Assembly (NCBI GenBank): GCA_951406725.2
Contig: OX597817.1
Coordinates: forward strand, 166,594,001 to 166,658,000
DNA: 64,000 bases
Source of the DNA: Octopus vulgaris
Taxonomy: Eukaryota
Direction of reading: 5' to 3'
How positions within the stretch are numbered: position 1 is the stretch's first letter; every line of letters begins with the position of its first letter. Shown here piece by piece: positions 60,895-64,000 of the stretch. The translations under genes were made by a program, and so were the position numbers. The notes below the pieces were generated by a model. The model saw nothing but the letters and a program-made list of their open reading frames with translations, was not told the DNA's origin and did not search any database.

Positions 60895-61155
60895 TAAAAT
60901 CCTTGTCGTACAAGCTTTGTCAATTCTCATGTATAACTTTTCTTTTTCAAATTCTCTGGAAAAGTTCTTTCAAAATATCACTGGGACAAGGATTTGTATT
61001 TTTGCCGTCTTCCTCCTCTGGCTAGAAGTATTCTGTCATCATCTGATGGACATTCAGATTTCAACACTGATTGAACAACACACAACTAATTAATATTAGT
61101 GTGATATATTTAAACAGAACTCAACATTGAAGATCACACACATCAGTAGAGCCTC

Positions 61156-64000
61156 TCATACATCTAAACTGTAAGTCCAGTTTGAAATGGACCAGACTTT
61201 TTGAGCTGGTAGTGGGTCATGTTGAAAAGCAATAGCCCATTCGTTCATGTTATCGTAGTCATAAATAGCACTCGACGTTTCGTTGATATCGTCGTCCTTT
61301 CCTCTGCTGAAATCACTTACGGTGTCTTCGCCTGTATCCACCTCATCGGAACTACTGTAAAAAAGTGTGGAGAGAGTGGTATTGTGGTACATGGGATAAC
61401 CAGGGAAACTGTCGTTAAAGGGGGAACAATAGAAAATGTCTGACCATGAACCGAATGATTCGTCTGATATGAAGGAATTGTTCGAACTTTTTAAGGATTT
61501 AGCTTCTTTAATTTTGCTTCTTTTGCTATTTAGTTTTCTACACAAGCGAACTGATATTAGAACAGCAAATATGGTAAACATCAGTAGTAAGAGGCTGCCT
61601 ACTACGGATATTATTACAAAAGCCAACGACCAGTCGTTGTAGATTGTCCTTGTCACTTTGTGAGTTAATTCCGGCTTAAATGTTGACAACGGCGAGAGTG
61701 GGTTTAATTCACTAACATAAATTTTACAGCAGTTTTTAGCAAAGATCGTTTCGTTTGAAAGAAGACTTACGATACAGAGGAAATGAGAAATGTTTGACTT
61801 AAGGCCTGATAGACGATAAATAGTACTATCGGCAGGTAATGTGTCAATTACGGTTTCCAACGAGTCATTTGTTGTTTTACTCACAAGGCGAAAACCTGTA
61901 ATTTTGGATATATGGGATAATGAAACATTCCATCTAACTTCAAGCGAAACGGATGAGGAAGAATTTCTTTTGATTTTATGTAAATCGAAGTTTATAATTC
62001 GATCTTGATAACTATTTGTGCTTATTGGTTTACTGCTGTTTTTAGACAACCGAAGCATGCGTCTCATATTTCCCTCTACCTCCATTCTCATTTTCTGCTT
62101 CAGCGATTCTGTAGCCTCGTCAAATGACTTAAATTTATCTTTCGATTTATTTCTTAGCTGATCATGCCTATTTGTGATAGACATTATGTTTGATATATAC
62201 GATTTTCCAAGTAATAAATTGATATTTGACGTGCTATTTCTCACATTATCCTCTTCAAATATTTTCTTTTGAATTAGCGATGACTGTGTCACATTTCCTA
62301 TGTTTCTGTCAATTCTCCACTTAGAATTCTGGGTGGGATTTGTATACGGTTTATCATTTGCTGAATCTAATGATTCTGTTTTGGATGTTGACATTCGTTT
62401 GAATTTCTGTGAAATACTTATCACAGTTTCATTCGTGAAATTTCTTTCATTTGTAAAAGATTCATTCCTTAATAACTGAATGGCTTTTATACTATCGTTT
62501 GCATAGAGCCTCCTTTTGTTATCTGAAGCTTTGTTTTTCTGTTCAACATCAATTCGCTTATCTTCACTAATCATATTATCTATAACTGATTCATTGAATT
62601 TACGTCTTTCTTTCAAAAGAGCAGCAGCAAAATTATTATTATCGTTAGGAGATAACGTAATGTGTTTTGCGTGGTTATGGCTTTGTAAATTCCCCATCGT
62701 AGAAGAATACTTGAATTGTTCCGCCTTTAAGTTATCAATATGAAATCCTCTTGATGTTTGATTCTGAATCTTTCTAATATTCATCTCTTTGTCTCCATTA
62801 GTTACTTTCAGTGACATCTTTACTGAATTTATTGTAGAAGAGAAATAACTGTCGCCTGAATTTGGTTTAGATGACTGAGTTATAAATGAAAATGGCTTCG
62901 TTGCATAAGTCGTCCTGTCTGCTTTACTAACAGACGATACTTTACGATGTTTATCTCCCATCATTTTCGCGACTGAAATCGTATTTATTGAAGATGATGT
63001 TCTCAAAGGAGAGACCTTTGAAAATAAAGTTCTTAATACTTGATTTTCTTCAACTAACTGCTTTCTCTTCTTTCTCGAAGAAGTTGGCCGAGAAAATGTC
63101 GACTCCTTAGGTGGCGTAATTCCCCACCGGGGCCTTTTATAAACATGGTTCGTTGTAGTTTTGTTTGTTGAAGACGACGGAACAGAGACGTTTTTTGCAA
63201 ATGAAAATTTAGCGTTAGAAATCTTATGAGAAGTAAACACGTTATGCGTAGAATTTCTCTCCTTTCGGGTAGTTTTAATTACATACGAAACCGGTTTTGT
63301 GGATATTTTTTTACTTTTTAGCTTATTGTAGGGACGAGTAGGTTTGTTCTTACTTTGCTTGGTAGTCTGCTTTCTTGTACTTGATTGCAAGTGTTTACGA
63401 GTAACATAACTTCTCGAATTACGAGTTACATTTTTTCTGCTTCGAGAATTTTCTTTTAAAGACCTGGTAGCTACATAAGGGTGTGTAAACGTTTCTAAGT
63501 TACTTTGAGATTTTCGAGCAATCGATCGAAATCGATGATTAACCCGTTTCTTCTGAAAGTTATTTACTATATGCTTCGATTTCTTTGAAACAGGAAGCTG
63601 GCTTTCCAAATGTTCTGATGATTTCAACATATCGAAAGACGTATTCTTTAGATCATTTATCTCCGATTCCCATAACGTGTTAATGGACGAGGATAAGAAC
63701 GATTCACTGGAAGTAGATAAAAGAATGGACAGATTTCCTTGCGGGGATAACGCCGATGATCTGTTTATTGACTCGCTTAACAATGATCCACGAGATGAAG
63801 ATAGAAAGTAAGCCGTCGTTGAATTAGAAACAAATGGACGGTATGTTTGAATCACATCTTGATTAGAAACTGGTGGCTTAGAGGTAAGCCGCTGTTGAGC
63901 CTTATTTGAGTCATAGAATTTCATTCCAAGGGTAATATTATTTACAGTCGAAGAACTCTGATTGATTTTCGGAGCAGAGTTTTGCTGATTGATTTTAAGG
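61156..64000 (-). CDS. Partial CDS (large terminal exon) of a single-pass membrane protein: low-complexity stalk, FN3 domain, TM helix and acidic tail
   Basis: Stop-free frame of more than 940 codons that stays open past 63924 to the window edge (LKINQQNSAPKINQSSSTVNNITLG-M). FN3-like segment SVSLEVRWNV..ITGFRLV..YRLSGLKSNISHFLCIVSL..CC at about 61700-61965. TM WSLAFVIISVVGSLLLLMFTIFAVLISV at 61549-61632 is followed by RLCRK. Confidence 0.88.
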   Translation of the reverse strand, partial: LKINQQNSAPKINQSSSTVNNITLGMKFYDSNKAQQRLTSKPPVSNQDVIQTYRPFVSNSTTAYFLSSSRGSLLSESINRSSALSPQGNLSILLSTSSESFLSSSINTLWESEINDLKNTSFDMLKSSEHLESQLPVSKKSKHIVNNFQKKRVNHRFRSIARKSQSNLETFTHPYVATRSLKENSRSRKNVTRNSRSYVTRKHLQSSTRKQTTKQSKNKPTRPYNKLKSKKISTKPVSYVIKTTRKERNSTHNVFTSHKISNAKFSFAKNVSVPSSSTNKTTTNHVYKRPRWGITPPKESTFSRPTSSRKKRKQLVEENQVLRTLFSKVSPLRTSSSINTISVAKMMGDKHRKVSSVSKADRTTYATKPFSFITQSSKPNSGDSYFSSTINSVKMSLKVTNGDKEMNIRKIQNQTSRGFHIDNLKAEQFKYSSTMGNLQSHNHAKHITLSPNDNNNFAAALLKERRKFNESVIDNMISEDKRIDVEQKNKASDNKRRLYANDSIKAIQLLRNESFTNERNFTNETVISISQKFKRMSTSKTESLDSANDKPYTNPTQNSKWRIDRNIGNVTQSSLIQKKIFEEDNVRNSTSNINLLLGKSYISNIMSITNRHDQLRNKSKDKFKSFDEATESLKQKMRMEVEGNMRRMLRLSKNSSKPISTNSYQDRIINFDLHKIKRNSSSSVSLEVRWNVSLSHISKITGFRLVSKTTNDSLETVIDTLPADSTIYRLSGLKSNISHFLCIVSLLSNETIFAKNCCKIYVSELNPLSPLSTFKPELTHKVTRTIYNDWSLAFVIISVVGSLLLLMFTIFAVLISVRLCRKLNSKRSKIKEAKSLKSSNNSFISDESFGSWSDIFYCSPFNDSFPGYPMYHNTTLSTLFYSSSDEVDTGEDTVSDFSRGKDDDINETSSAIYDYDNMNEWAIAFQHDPLPAQKVWSISNWTYSLDV

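Overview
Eukaryotic, AT-rich, repeat-dominated DNA. The four tRNA-headed SINE families and the very high microsatellite load point to an Octopus (coleoid cephalopod) genome; this is inferred from repeat recognition, not from a search. The only convincing host coding sequence is a large minus-strand exon (61156 to beyond 64000). It encodes a long S/T/K/N-rich stalk, a fibronectin type III domain, a transmembrane helix and an acidic tail. The rest is a transposon graveyard: a Helitron helicase pseudogene plus six non-autonomous Helitrons, a near-complete IR/DR Tc1, a second Tc1 relic, mariner and hAT MITEs, R4/Dong elements inserted in (TAA)n, Tx1/L1, RTE and CR1 fragments, and Penelope-like remnants. 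The most interesting hidden signal is RNA structure. There are at least five type I hammerhead ribozyme motifs with palindromic stem III, two of them with an unusually long stem II, plus a conserved hammerhead-like fold with a non-canonical core, several long inverted repeats, and retroelements that appear to target specific microsatellites. Most ORFs in the supplied track are microsatellite artefacts. Coordinates of degraded repeats are approximate.
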